The notes under the pieces were generated by a model. It was not told where the DNA came from. It searched no databases and worked only from the letters and a program-made list of their open reading frames with translations. A stretch of DNA of 64,000 nucleotides, from positions 11,019 to 75,018 of the forward strand of contig JAKAKW010000004.1 of assembly GCA_021824345.1 (NCBI GenBank), read 5' to 3'. This document shows, piece by piece, positions 20,010 to 30,211 of the stretch; position 1 is the first letter of the stretch, and each line of letters starts with the position of its first letter. This DNA comes from a bacterium. GTDB taxonomy: Bacteria > Patescibacteriota > Minisyncoccia > Phycocordibacterales > UBA9973. A program made the translations under genes and the position numbers.

Positions 20010-22241
20010 TCAAGAATCGAGCATTTTCCTTAATATGTCTTCCGGCACCTCTTTCACCTTTTTGGAATACGGCGGAACGGGAATCTCATTTTTTCCCGAA
20101 GTAGAGATTGTTTCGATATCGTTTTCCGGAGTTGATTCCGATCCGGGATCACTCTGTATCGGTTCATCTTTCTGTTCCGGTTGCGGTTCCTGTTCCGGCT
20201 CTGATTCTGGTTCTGGTTCTGGTTCCGACATATCAGGTTCCGCCGGAGAAACCGGTTCCAAAACATCCTTGGCGGGTTCCTCCTCTTTTTTCTCCGGCAT
20301 TGCTTCAAAAATCAAATCTTTAAGCTTATTCATATCTTCTGCGCTGGCTGCCCGATCTTCTTTTTTAGGCTTTTCAGCTTCAGCGGAATGCTTTTCCTCT
20401 TTAAGAGATTCAAGTGAAATTGGTTCCGGCCCAGGATCCTTTGGGCGCTCTTCGCTTTGAATTTTTTCTTCTTTTGGAACAGGTGGAATATTGTCATTCA
20501 AGGTCTTGTTCAGTATTTCTCTCAAAGCAGAGGTATCTCTTTCTTTTTTTGCCGGCGGTTCCTCCTTCTTTTGCTGAAACTTTTTTCCGTTCTGGTTTTT
20601 CTTAAAAACCGCCTTAAGCGAAGAAAAGCCGTTTGTTTTTTTGCCATTGTTCGGCACAGAGCTCGGCTCTTCCTTGAATTCTATTCCCAAATCCGCCAGA
20701 GGCTTGAAAAACCTTCCTTCATCTCGGCCGGAGCCGGTATTGGAGGAGCCGGACAAGGGCTTCAATTCCCCCGCTTTTATTTTGGCAATGCAATCCCGGC
20801 AATATATGGGCCTGCCGGGCTCGGGTCTGAAAGGCACCTTGGTCGGCTGTCCGCATATCGAGCACACCGCGTCAAACTTCTCCACTCCGGTAGTGGAACC
20901 GGAAGAGCTTGCGTCATCTTCTCCAAGAGACATTCCGCTCCAGTCATTTATCTCCTTTTCAACCGTATCGCGAGGACGGCAGTACAGTTCCCTGGACTTT
21001 CTTATGACCTCCGCTTCCGCTTCCGGATTTTCGCCTATTTTCACCATGGGCGGAAGCGTCCGGGCAGAAAACGGGCGGGAGGTGACTCCGTCTATCATCA
21101 GCTTGATGTATATCTTGTAGTTCGGGAGATTCACTATGTCCTCGGGGGTGAATTCCGGTTCAAATTCTTTTTCCAGAAATTCAGCGTCGTCCGCTCCCAC
21201 TCGAAACACGATCATGGTGCCGATGTTGCCGAAAATGGCGTCCCGAACCGAAGAGCTTTCCTTGGTGACAAGCTGGGCGGTGTATTGGTGCGCCACGGTA
21301 AGGTTTAAGCGATATTTTCGCGCTTCGGAAAGAATGCCGGCGAAGGCATCGGTAACGAAGTTTTGAAATTCGTCTACGTACAAATAAAAGTCCTTGCGTT
21401 CTTCCTCGGGTATGCGCACCCGTTCCATGGCGGCCAGCTGGATTTTGGTAATGATCATTCCGCCGAGAAGCGCGGAGTTGTCTTCGCCTATGCGACCCTT
21501 GGAAACGTTCACCAGGAAAATTTTCCCTTGGTTCATTAAGTCAAAAATATTGATGGTGCTCTTGGACTGCCCCACGATATTGCGGATGATAGAGGTGGAA
21601 AGAAATTGGCCGACTTTGTTTTGAATGGGAGCAATGGCTTCATTGCGGAACTTATCCTGCCACTCTTCGTACTCGTGCACCCAGAAAGCCTTAATGACCG
21701 GATCTTTCAGGTTGCTGATGATTTTTTGCCGATAGTCTTTGTCCACCAGCATCCTGGGAATGCCGAGCATGGTTGTGCCGGGAGTATCAAGAAGCGCGAG
21801 AATTGCATTGTTCAAAATGTATTCCATTCGGGCGCTCCAGGCGTTGGCCCAAATTTTTGTGAAAATGCCCATGAGGCCGGATGCCACCAGGTGCTTGTAT
21901 TTCGGATCAGGCAATTCCAAAACATTGAATCCGATGTGATACTCGGTGTCCGCCGGGTTGAAATACACCACATCTTTCAAGCGATGCTGGGGAATGGCGG
22001 AAAGCACCGCTTCCACGTTTTCCCCGTGCGGGTCCACCAAGCAGACGCCGTCGCCGTTCTTGATGTTCTGAATGATCATGTTGAACATGAGCACCGATTT
22101 ACCGGTGCCGGACTTTCCGAGAATATACACGTGCTGGCGCCTATCCTTCCGCTTTATGCCGAAGAGCTTGTTTTGGTCGCGAAAAGTGGTTTGGCCCAGG
22201 TATGTTAAATCCTTGTTATATGGGAGTTCCGTAGCGTCCAT
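20010..22241 (-). CDS. VirD4/TraD-like ATPase with CxxC-x17-CxxC zinc ribbon and acidic Pro/Glu tail
   Basis: GKSGTGKS, VDPHGE, LYVDEFQ, SEARKY; CSIC-x17-CRDC; EPEPEP tail; paralog of 7942-9393. Confidence 0.87.
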   Translation of the reverse strand: MDATELPYNKDLTYLGQTTFRDQNKLFGIKRKDRRQHVYILGKSGTGKSVLMFNMIIQNIKNGDGVCLVDPHGENVEAVLSAIPQHRLKDVVYFNPADTEYHIGFNVLELPDPKYKHLVASGLMGIFTKIWANAWSARMEYILNNAILALLDTPGTTMLGIPRMLVDKDYRQKIISNLKDPVIKAFWVHEYEEWQDKFRNEAIAPIQNKVGQFLSTSIIRNIVGQSKSTINIFDLMNQGKIFLVNVSKGRIGEDNSALLGGMIITKIQLAAMERVRIPEEERKDFYLYVDEFQNFVTDAFAGILSEARKYRLNLTVAHQYTAQLVTKESSSVRDAIFGNIGTMIVFRVGADDAEFLEKEFEPEFTPEDIVNLPNYKIYIKLMIDGVTSRPFSARTLPPMVKIGENPEAEAEVIRKSRELYCRPRDTVEKEINDWSGMSLGEDDASSSGSTTGVEKFDAVCSICGQPTKVPFRPEPGRPIYCRDCIAKIKAGELKPLSGSSNTGSGRDEGRFFKPLADLGIEFKEEPSSVPNNGKKTNGFSSLKAVFKKNQNGKKFQQKKEEPPAKKERDTSALREILNKTLNDNIPPVPKEEKIQSEERPKDPGPEPISLESLKEEKHSAEAEKPKKEDRAASAEDMNKLKDLIFEAMPEKKEEEPAKDVLEPVSPAEPDMSEPEPEPESEPEQEPQPEQKDEPIQSDPGSESTPENDIETISTSGKNEIPVPPYSKKVKEVPEDILRKMLDS

Positions 22242-22280
22242 ATGGGAAAATTATACCCTTTCAAAGAGGTTTTATCAAAC

Positions 22281-22307
22281 AAAAAACCGGCTCAAGACCG
22301 GTTTTTT
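22281..22307. terminator. Terminator after dnaK
   Basis: aaaaaaccgg-ctcaaga-ccggtttttt. Confidence 0.7.
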
Positions 22308-22325
22308 GTCCACTTACGTGAATTT

Positions 22326-24263
22326 TTACTGTTTGGGCTGTTCCCCTTCGGGCTTATCCCCTTCCTTGAATTCCGCGTCGCGGACTTCGGGGCCTTGCTC
22401 TTCCGGAGTTTTAGCCTCTCCAGCGCCAGGGTTTGCTCCCGGCTGTCCGGCACCCGGCTGGCCTTGCTGATTCATGGCCTGGCCGATTTTGGACATCTCG
22501 CTGGAAAGCTCTTCTGTGGCCTTCTTGATTGCTTCGGCATCAGTGCCGTCTTTCACGCCTCGCAGGGCCGTAATCTTATCGTTTACGCTCTTCTTTACGT
22601 CTTCGGGAATCTTGGCCTCGTTGTCTTTCACAGCCTTCTCTGCGGTGTAAATCATCATTTCGGCGGTATTTTTTACATCCACGATTTCTTTCTTTTTCTT
22701 GTCTTCATCTGCGTGAGCTTCCGCATCAGCTTGCATTTTCTTAATGTCTTCATCCTTTAAGCCGGAACTTGCCTCTATGCGGATGGACTGCTCCTTGCCG
22801 GAAGCCTTGTCTTTGGCTTTTACGTTCAGAATACCATTGGCATCCACATCAAAAGTGACCTCCACCTGCGGAATTCCGCGAGGCGCCGGAGGAATGCCGT
22901 CCAATATGAACCGGCCGAGAGATTTGTTGTCGGCTGCCATAGGACGTTCCCCTTGCACGATGTGAATTTCAACGGAAGTTTGATTGTCTGCCGCAGTGGA
23001 AAATACCTGCGATTTGGAAGCCGGGATAGTGGTATTTTTATCAATCAGTTTTGTAGCTACGCCTCCCAGAGTCTCAATGCCCAAGGAAAGCGGAATAACA
23101 TCAAGAAGCAGAACATCGCGGACATCTCCCTGCAAAACTCCGGCCTGCACGGCGGCTCCGAGAGCCACCACCTCGTCGGGATTTATGGACATATTCGGCT
23201 GTCTGCCAAAAAGATTTTTTACCGCCTCAATAATGGCCGGCATGCGAGTTTGTCCGCCCACCATGATAATCTCGTTTATTTCGTTCATCTTAAACGGCGA
23301 CGCTTCAAGAGCGCGCTTGGTAATTTCAATGGAACGGTCGATAAGATCTTTGGCCAGAGTCTCCAAAGTGGCCCTGCTCATCTTCAGGAGCAGGTGTTTT
23401 GGACCGCTTGAATCGGAAGTGACGAATGGAATATTAATTTCCGCCTCAAGGGTGGTGGAAAGCTCATGTTTGGCCTTCTCGGCCGCTTCGCGCAAGCGCT
23501 GGTTGGCCAAAGGATCCTTGGTAACATCTATTCCGGATTCTTTCTTAAACTCATCCGCTATCCATTGCACCATTCTGCGGTCAATGTCGCCTCCTCCCAT
23601 GTGGCTGTCTCCGTCGGTAGATTTCACTTCAATCACATCTTCTCCGATTTCCAACACGGAAACGTCAAAAGTTCCGCCTCCGAAGTCGTATACCACTATC
23701 TTTTCATTTTTCTTTTTATCAAAACCGTATGCGAGAGCGGCGGCGGTGGGTTCATTTATGATGCGCTTCACATCCAAGCCCGCGATAGCTCCGGCGTCCT
23801 TAGTCGCTTTTCTCTGGGAATCGTTGAAGTAAGCCGGAACGGTAATCACCGCTTCAGTAATCTTTTCTCCAAGCTTAGCTTCCACATCGGACTTAATCTT
23901 CTGAAGAATCATGGCGGAAATTTCTTCCGGACGATAGAATTTGTCACCCATCTTTACCTGCACTCCGCCATCTTGTCCCGCTTGAATCTTGAATGAAGCG
24001 GACTTTAAGTCATTCTGCACTCCGGGATCGTCAAAGCGATGTCCCATGTAGCGCTTGATTTCAGAAATGGTATTTTCCGGGTTAGTTACCGCCTGGCGCT
24101 TGGCAAGAAGCCCCACGAGCCTATCGCCGTTTTTGGTCTGCGCAACCACCGAAGGAGTAGTGCGATTGCCCTCCACATTTTCAACAATCTTCGGCGCTCC
24201 GCCCTCAATTATTGCAACCGCAGAGTTTGTAGTTCCTAAGTCAATTCCTATAATTTTACTCAT
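22326..24263 (-). CDS. dnaK: Chaperone DnaK
   Basis: [40 protein letters not shown]. Confidence 0.98.
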   Translation of the reverse strand: MSKIIGIDLGTTNSAVAIIEGGAPKIVENVEGNRTTPSVVAQTKNGDRLVGLLAKRQAVTNPENTISEIKRYMGHRFDDPGVQNDLKSASFKIQAGQDGGVQVKMGDKFYRPEEISAMILQKIKSDVEAKLGEKITEAVITVPAYFNDSQRKATKDAGAIAGLDVKRIINEPTAAALAYGFDKKKNEKIVVYDFGGGTFDVSVLEIGEDVIEVKSTDGDSHMGGGDIDRRMVQWIADEFKKESGIDVTKDPLANQRLREAAEKAKHELSTTLEAEINIPFVTSDSSGPKHLLLKMSRATLETLAKDLIDRSIEITKRALEASPFKMNEINEIIMVGGQTRMPAIIEAVKNLFGRQPNMSINPDEVVALGAAVQAGVLQGDVRDVLLLDVIPLSLGIETLGGVATKLIDKNTTIPASKSQVFSTAADNQTSVEIHIVQGERPMAADNKSLGRFILDGIPPAPRGIPQVEVTFDVDANGILNVKAKDKASGKEQSIRIEASSGLKDEDIKKMQADAEAHADEDKKKKEIVDVKNTAEMMIYTAEKAVKDNEAKIPEDVKKSVNDKITALRGVKDGTDAEAIKKATEELSSEMSKIGQAMNQQGQPGAGQPGANPGAGEAKTPEEQGPEVRDAEFKEGDKPEGEQPKQ

Positions 24264-24291
24264 GATATTAATTTAATTATTTGTAATGCTA

Positions 24292-24464
24292 AGTTCCTGA
24301 AAAAATATTCTTTGAGAAATGCCTTGCGCAGGAGCTTAGAAAATTAGGGAAGAAACATGACGGGTGTCATGTTTCCGACCATAATTTTCTTCGAGTGATG
24401 AGCAGAGCGGACGGCCAGCAGGCCGGAACGCGTGCATTTCGAGAAGAATGATTTTTCAGGAACT
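24292..24464. mobile_element. MITE-like / long imperfect hairpin upstream of dnaK
   Basis: 13-bp perfect terminal IR agttcctgaaaaa/tttttcaggaact with further pairing; inner stem gaaacatgac-gggt-gtcatgtttc. Confidence 0.55.
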
Positions 24465-24475
24465 CACTATTCCGA

Positions 24476-24556
24476 CATTATATACTAATGCTATAATTTT
24501 GACAAGTTTTTCGTGGTCGCAAAAAGCTTGTCAAAAGGTATAATAATGCTATAATT
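24476..24556. promoter_or_regulatory. Back-to-back divergent sigma70 promoters (dnaK / PaaX-like gene) forming an inverted repeat
   Basis: TTGTCA-17-TATAAT on minus, TTGTCA-16-TATAAT on plus; IR tttgacaag..cttgtcaaa; direct repeat taatgctataatt twice. Confidence 0.6.
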
Positions 24557-24561
24557 CTTAT

Positions 24562-25080
24562 ATGTCAAGAAAACCGAGCTATTCCCAAAAAATCCTTAAA
24601 ATATTGGCTCAAAAACCGGCTATTTCTGTTAAATCTATAAAGGAAGATAAGAGCTCAAAGGAAAACTACGCATTGGCAAGATCGGTCAAGAGCCTCATAG
24701 ATTCCGGTTGTATTGAGGTGGTTTCCTCAGACAATCAAAAGTACTTAAAAATCACAAAAAAGGGTCGGAACAAGCTGAATTGTCTGAAGCTGGAAGGCCA
24801 GGAGGCGCTTGTGTCCTTTGCATGGGATGGATTGTGGAGATTTATAATTTTGGACTTGCCGGAAGAGCGGAAAAGCGAACGAGAAGCCTTGCGCTATCTC
24901 TTGAAAAAGGCGAATTTCGTATGCGTTAAAAACGCTGTGTGGGCCTCCCCCCACCCTTACGAGCACCTGTTCGGAAGCATTAAAAAGGACTTAGGGCTTG
25001 GCGCCGAGATGATGATAATGGTAACAGACTCGGTGGACGAAGACACCAAGAAACTTTTGTTTGAGTCCTTCGGAAAGTAA
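24562..25080 (+). CDS. PaaX-like transcriptional regulator (wHTH plus Cas2-like fold)
   Basis: ITKKG wing, WDGLWRFIILDLPE..R..LR..L, AVWASP motifs typical of PaaX-family proteins. Confidence 0.75.
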   Translation: MSRKPSYSQKILKILAQKPAISVKSIKEDKSSKENYALARSVKSLIDSGCIEVVSSDNQKYLKITKKGRNKLNCLKLEGQEALVSFAWDGLWRFIILDLPEERKSEREALRYLLKKANFVCVKNAVWASPHPYEHLFGSIKKDLGLGAEMMIMVTDSVDEDTKKLLFESFGK

Positions 25081-26793
25081 TCAATATACCTCCTTTTGGT
25101 AGCATGATTCGCAGTATACTATCTCCGGCCTCTCCGGCGCGTAGCTTGTCTCAAATTCGTTCGAACACTTTCCTTCGTGGCCGTGGTTTCCCTTGTCACA
25201 CATGCAGGAGCGGTGCCAGAGCCTTAGCGGCGTTTTCATTTTTATCCGTTCCATATGCCGGCAGAGCGGGCAAAGGCGTGGCAATGGAATTTTATTTTTC
25301 TTATAAAACTTAATTTCGGAATCTATCAGTCGGAATGCCGTCGCACACTGATCGTTGCACTTGCCTCTATGCGCACATTCAATAACTTCTTCGGTAAATG
25401 AATCCGGAACGTCTGATATATTGTCCGGGATTTCTTCCGTTCGGATCGAAATTTCATACTTTTTCTCTTCCGATTCGCGCCATTCGTAGCCTTTTTCCAG
25501 AATTTCCTCTTTTGATTTCGGAAAATAGTCCTGAGCCAAGGTTTCGTTATAGCAGAAAGGATAATCGCTTGTCGGGAAAAATTCCCCGTACTCCCCTACC
25601 TTTTTCATTGATTCAATAATTTTTTCGGTCAGTTTTGCGTATTCCTCCTTCGTATATTGCCTATTTAAAATGCAATATGATTTGTTCCGCAGGCCGATGC
25701 ACCCGAAAATATTGTTGCAATCGTAGCAATTATAGGAATATAGGACGTCAAAGCCTCCCCAAATGAAGGCAGAAAAGAATATCCTCTGCCCGGAAATGCT
25801 TACCGCTTCATAAAACACTTCAGCTTTATCCCAGGCAATAAAGGCGTCTTGGCCGTCTTTGGAATTATCATGAACCCGAAAAGAATACTTGCAGTCTTCA
25901 ACGTTGCCTCTTAAGTTAAAGCATTGCTTGCAATTTTTTGCTTCCATTATGTCGTCCCCGGTCACATTTACCGATTTATTGATTATCGCGTATTTCCTGG
26001 GAGTTTTAAGCTTTAGTTTCTCAAACTTTTCTTTTGCTTCCAAAAGCTTGGAATAACTGCCATTTCTATATTCCTCGATCTTTTCCGCATATTCCTCCTT
26101 ACTATATTGCGTATTGAAAATGCAATTATTTTTTCCCCGCAAGCCCACGCATCCGAAGCAATTTGTGCAATTCCGGCAATCATACATGAGCATAGAGTCT
26201 ACACACGCCTCACAGCTTTGTCCGAAAAAAAAGTGGTTTGATTTTTGGGAATCGACAAGTTCATAGCAAAATTCGCATTCGGGAGACTGATGCAAATCAA
26301 GGCAATTCTTTATTCTGAGAAGCCCGCCGAAAATGTAGGCATTGTCCTCGCCCGTGACGCAGCCGGCGCAAAAATAGCAGTTCTTCAGATTTACCGTGTA
26401 ATTTGAATATTTGCTGTTCACATTGTTCTTCTGCACAAGATTCGGGTGCGGAACGTCTGAAAACAGCTTTTTAAATTGCACAAAGAATTTTTTAGAAAAA
26501 TCATATTCTCTGCCGTGCTCCAAGGGATCCCAAGCGTCGCTCTTCCAATATTCGTTGTCGTACACTTTTAAGGGAGAATCGGCGGGATACATGGAAAGTA
26601 TTGATTGGCCTGTAGCATCGCATTTCCTGTGGTACCAATTGCGTTCGTTTCTCCATAAAAGCCTGCGAATGGTCCGGCATTCCGGGCACCATGTCGGCGG
26701 AGGAACTTTGATTTTCTCATAAAAAGAGAAATCTTCCGGCTCAATGGTAAAGTCCTTTTGGCAATTCTGACATTGTTTGGTTTCGGGTTGCAT
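25081..26793 (-). CDS. Cys-rich array protein 7
   Basis: 570 aa paralog, ends YCESCYQKEVY. Confidence 0.9.
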   Translation of the reverse strand: MQPETKQCQNCQKDFTIEPEDFSFYEKIKVPPPTWCPECRTIRRLLWRNERNWYHRKCDATGQSILSMYPADSPLKVYDNEYWKSDAWDPLEHGREYDFSKKFFVQFKKLFSDVPHPNLVQKNNVNSKYSNYTVNLKNCYFCAGCVTGEDNAYIFGGLLRIKNCLDLHQSPECEFCYELVDSQKSNHFFFGQSCEACVDSMLMYDCRNCTNCFGCVGLRGKNNCIFNTQYSKEEYAEKIEEYRNGSYSKLLEAKEKFEKLKLKTPRKYAIINKSVNVTGDDIMEAKNCKQCFNLRGNVEDCKYSFRVHDNSKDGQDAFIAWDKAEVFYEAVSISGQRIFFSAFIWGGFDVLYSYNCYDCNNIFGCIGLRNKSYCILNRQYTKEEYAKLTEKIIESMKKVGEYGEFFPTSDYPFCYNETLAQDYFPKSKEEILEKGYEWRESEEKKYEISIRTEEIPDNISDVPDSFTEEVIECAHRGKCNDQCATAFRLIDSEIKFYKKNKIPLPRLCPLCRHMERIKMKTPLRLWHRSCMCDKGNHGHEGKCSNEFETSYAPERPEIVYCESCYQKEVY

Positions 26794-26797
26794 AACT

Positions 26798-28510
26798 CTA
26801 ATATACTTCTTTATTGTAATGTTCTGTGCAAACTACTTTTTCAGGGCCACCTTCGGAGACGGGAGGAAAAGTGGTATCCACTTCCTTGTCCCCAAAAAAG
26901 CACATGCGCTTATGCAACTTCATCGGATTGCGGATCCTGAGCCTGGCATTATGCCTCTCGTCTGGGTGGACAGATGGTAAAGGAAGATTCATCCTTTTAT
27001 AAAAAGAAAACTCTTGCTCTGTTATTCTGTATGGCCTGCCGGTAATTTCGCAAGCTATAGTTTTTTCCAGAATTGAATTGTCCGCTTCTAAAATGGTGTC
27101 AGGTAAATCCGATCCATTAATATCCGTTGTATATATTCCGGATTCATATTCCCGCCACAAGTATCCTTTTTCCTCCGCAGTCTCCTTTTTTAATGGAAAA
27201 TAGTCCTGTGCAACCGTTTCATTATAGGCATACGGCGATATTTCCGGCGGAAAATACTCTCCAAATCTATAAATTTTTCCCTTTTTATCTTCAAATGGCA
27301 CGTCCATCATATGCTGAATGACCTTCGGCAAAAGATTTTCATATTCTTCTTTTGTATATTGCTTGTTCAGTATGCAATATTGTTTTCCGTTTAGTTCCGC
27401 ACAGCCGAAGCAGTCCTTGCAATTATTCATCATGTAGCTGTAATGCACATTATTGGAATACCAAATTATGGAACCGAGCAGGCAATAATTGTTATGCACC
27501 CCTATACTTATCCCTTCATAAGTCAATTCCGATCCCCCTCCGGAACCCGGCCCGACGTCGTATGAATCTCGCAATCCTTTCGTGCCTCAATTTGCATATT
27601 TTACATTCTCAAAATCCCCTTCGGCGTCAAACACTTTGTAACAATTTTTTGAATTAAATACGTGGTCCCCCACTACATTCACGTCGTTTAATAATTTTAG
27701 GTCGCGGTGTATAGCATTTTCCCATACTTCCTTGAATTCTGCTTTTGCTGACGCCAGTCCTTTTATTGAATCCAGCCTTAACTTCTTCTTTTTTTCTTCG
27801 TATTCTTCTTTTGAATACTGTATATTTTTTATGCAGTAGTTTTTGTTCCTCAAATTGGAACATAAAATGCAATTGGAGCAATTTCTGCAATCATATAGAA
27901 AGTATGAATCAAGACAATTTTCGCTTTCCAGGGAAAAGAAAAGCCTACTTGAGTCCCGGCAATAAACATTTTCATATCCAAACTCCGTGTTGTAGCAAAC
28001 GTGCGAATCAACGGTGTATTTGCACCCTGATACCCTATTACAATACATGGAGTCTTCGCATGTCCAAGCCGCCGTCACCAAATAGCAGTTTTTCATTTCC
28101 ACTGTAATATTGCAAAACCTTGCATTGGATGATTTGGAATCGAAAAGAGTAATGTGTGGAACTCGTTCCATAAGCTCCTTGAACTGCAGAAAAAATGGTT
28201 TGGAAAAATCATATTCTCTTCCATACTCAAGCGGATTCCATTTATCGCTCCACCACATGTCCTTGTCGTAGACAGTCATCTTTGCGTCGGGGTGATATAT
28301 AGAAATCAAAGTTTCTTCCTCCTTTCCCGGAGCGCCGTTCGGGCAGCGAAAAAGAGAGTGCTCATTGCGCCACATTAATCTTCTAAGAAGCCGGCACTCC
28401 GGGCAAAACGTCGGCGCGGGAACCTTGATTTTCTCATAAAAAGAGAAATCATCCGGCTCGACGATGAAGCTCTTCTGGCAATTCTGGCATTTTCGGGTTT
28501 CGGGTTGCAT
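26798..28510 (-). pseudogene. Cys-rich array protein 8, interrupted by one in-frame TGA at 27587-27589
   Basis: ORFs 27587-28546 and 26798-27574 are in the same frame: KYAN*GTKGLRDSYDVGPG aligns to KFAHWVAHVVKDGYDIGPG of protein 3. Confidence 0.8.
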
Positions 28511-28512
28511 AA

Positions 28513-30207
28513 TCAATACACCTCTTTTTGATAGCAACTTTCGCAATATATTATCTCCGGCCTCTCCGGCGCGTAGCTTGTTTCAAATTCGTTCGAACAC
28601 TTTCCTTCGTGGCCGTGGTTTCCCTTGTCACACATGCACTGGCGAAACCACGACTGTCTTGGAAGACGAAGAGAAAATCTTCTTCGATATCTGCAATCAG
28701 GACATTTCCTGGGCAAAGGAATGTTTTCTCTCTTGTAGAAGGCAAGTTCGTCAGGGATAATGTTGTAGTTTTTAGAACATGAGACGCATTTCAAAGCGGC
28801 AGAAAATATATCTTCATTAACATCTTTAATATTGTCCGCCAAGTCCTCCGGCTGTATCGTTTCTTTCCCGAATATTCCGGGTATTTCATCCTCCCAAAGC
28901 CATCCCCTATCCAGCACTTCTTCTTTGGATAAGGGCATATAGTAATTTCCCTGGGTTTCGTTGTAACACACGGGGGCGATCGGGGGCGGAAAGAATTCTC
29001 CGTACTCCCCCGTTTTTTTCATATGTTCAATAATTTGATTTCGCAGTTTAATATACTCCTCCTTGCTGTATTTTCTGTTGAATATCATGTATTCTCCTTT
29101 TTTAATTGATATGCATCCGAATAGATTCTGGCTGTTCTGGCACGAATCGCAATATTGGATATGAGAATTGTCGTAACAAAGATGGGAAAAGAAAGCATCA
29201 TATACTCTTGTGCATCCGTGATCTTCATATGCCAGTTCAGTATTAAAGCCCACGTGATAGCAATCCATCACGCTTTTCATATCAACTGCTGAAAATATAT
29301 TCTTGGCGTCATACATTTTATTTACATCAAAGCAGTGTATCGTATTTTTGCTGTTAAATATGAAATTACCGGAAGAATTTACGCTTCTTTCGCTTACCAT
29401 ATATTTATGTATGGAGTTTTCCTGATATAATTTTGAAAATTCTTCCATAAACTTTTCCCTGGCCGCATGCGATCCGAGATTGCATTCCTCTATTTTCTTT
29501 GCGTACTCCTCCTTGCTGTATTGTTTATTTTTAAAACAGAAACTCTTATTCCTTAGGTTGGAACATAGGAAGCAATCATTGCAATTTCGACAATCGTATG
29601 AATAAAAACAGTTTACGCAATTCTCTAAAAGTACGGAAAATTGGCATCCGAAACCATTATTGGAATCTATGCATTCATAAAGCCTTTCTCCGTGTTTAAT
29701 TATATAAGAACAATCCATAGAACCTCTTGATTCCATCACATAAGTGGAATATGACACGTCTTCAGTGTCAAAACAGCAAAAAGACATATATGTATTCTTG
29801 TTGTCTCCGGAGTGATTGGTGTATTCCGATTTTACGCTGTTCTTGCTGAGCACTGCCATGCGGGGAACTTCCAGCATAAGTTCCTTGAATTGTTCAAAAA
29901 ACGGCCTGTTAAAATCAAAATCTCGCCCGTATTTTGCCGGGTCCCATCCGTCTCCCCACCAGCAAGACAGGCAATATACCTTGTATGGCTTATTCGGTGA
30001 ATATATTGTAACCGTGCTCTTTCCGCACAAGTCGCAGTTTCTTCTGTATAAAGTTCTTTCATTCCTCCATGCGTATCGTCTCTGCTGTCGGCATTCCACG
30101 CACAACGTCGGCGGAGGAACCTTGATTTTCTCATAAAAAGAGAAATCATCCGGCTCGACGATGAAGCTCTTCTGGCAATTCTGGCATTTTCGGGTTTCGG
30201 GTTGCAT
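28513..30207 (-). CDS. Cys-rich array protein 9
   Basis: 564 aa paralog. Confidence 0.9.
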   Translation of the reverse strand: MQPETRKCQNCQKSFIVEPDDFSFYEKIKVPPPTLCVECRQQRRYAWRNERTLYRRNCDLCGKSTVTIYSPNKPYKVYCLSCWWGDGWDPAKYGRDFDFNRPFFEQFKELMLEVPRMAVLSKNSVKSEYTNHSGDNKNTYMSFCCFDTEDVSYSTYVMESRGSMDCSYIIKHGERLYECIDSNNGFGCQFSVLLENCVNCFYSYDCRNCNDCFLCSNLRNKSFCFKNKQYSKEEYAKKIEECNLGSHAAREKFMEEFSKLYQENSIHKYMVSERSVNSSGNFIFNSKNTIHCFDVNKMYDAKNIFSAVDMKSVMDCYHVGFNTELAYEDHGCTRVYDAFFSHLCYDNSHIQYCDSCQNSQNLFGCISIKKGEYMIFNRKYSKEEYIKLRNQIIEHMKKTGEYGEFFPPPIAPVCYNETQGNYYMPLSKEEVLDRGWLWEDEIPGIFGKETIQPEDLADNIKDVNEDIFSAALKCVSCSKNYNIIPDELAFYKRENIPLPRKCPDCRYRRRFSLRLPRQSWFRQCMCDKGNHGHEGKCSNEFETSYAPERPEIIYCESCYQKEVY

Positions 30208-30211
30208 AACT

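Noticed and set aside
20165-20230. ggttct/ggttcc hexamer repeats as a separate element
   Set aside because: They simply encode the EPEPEP low-complexity tail of the ATPase.
24562-25080. cas2 / CRISPR system
   Set aside because: The Cas2-like fold is part of a PaaX-type protein; no cas1 and no repeat-spacer array in the window.
27587-27589. Selenocysteine or genetic code 25/4 recoding
   Set aside because: The position aligns with Trp, not Cys; TGA ends several intact genes and no other gene shows an internal TGA.
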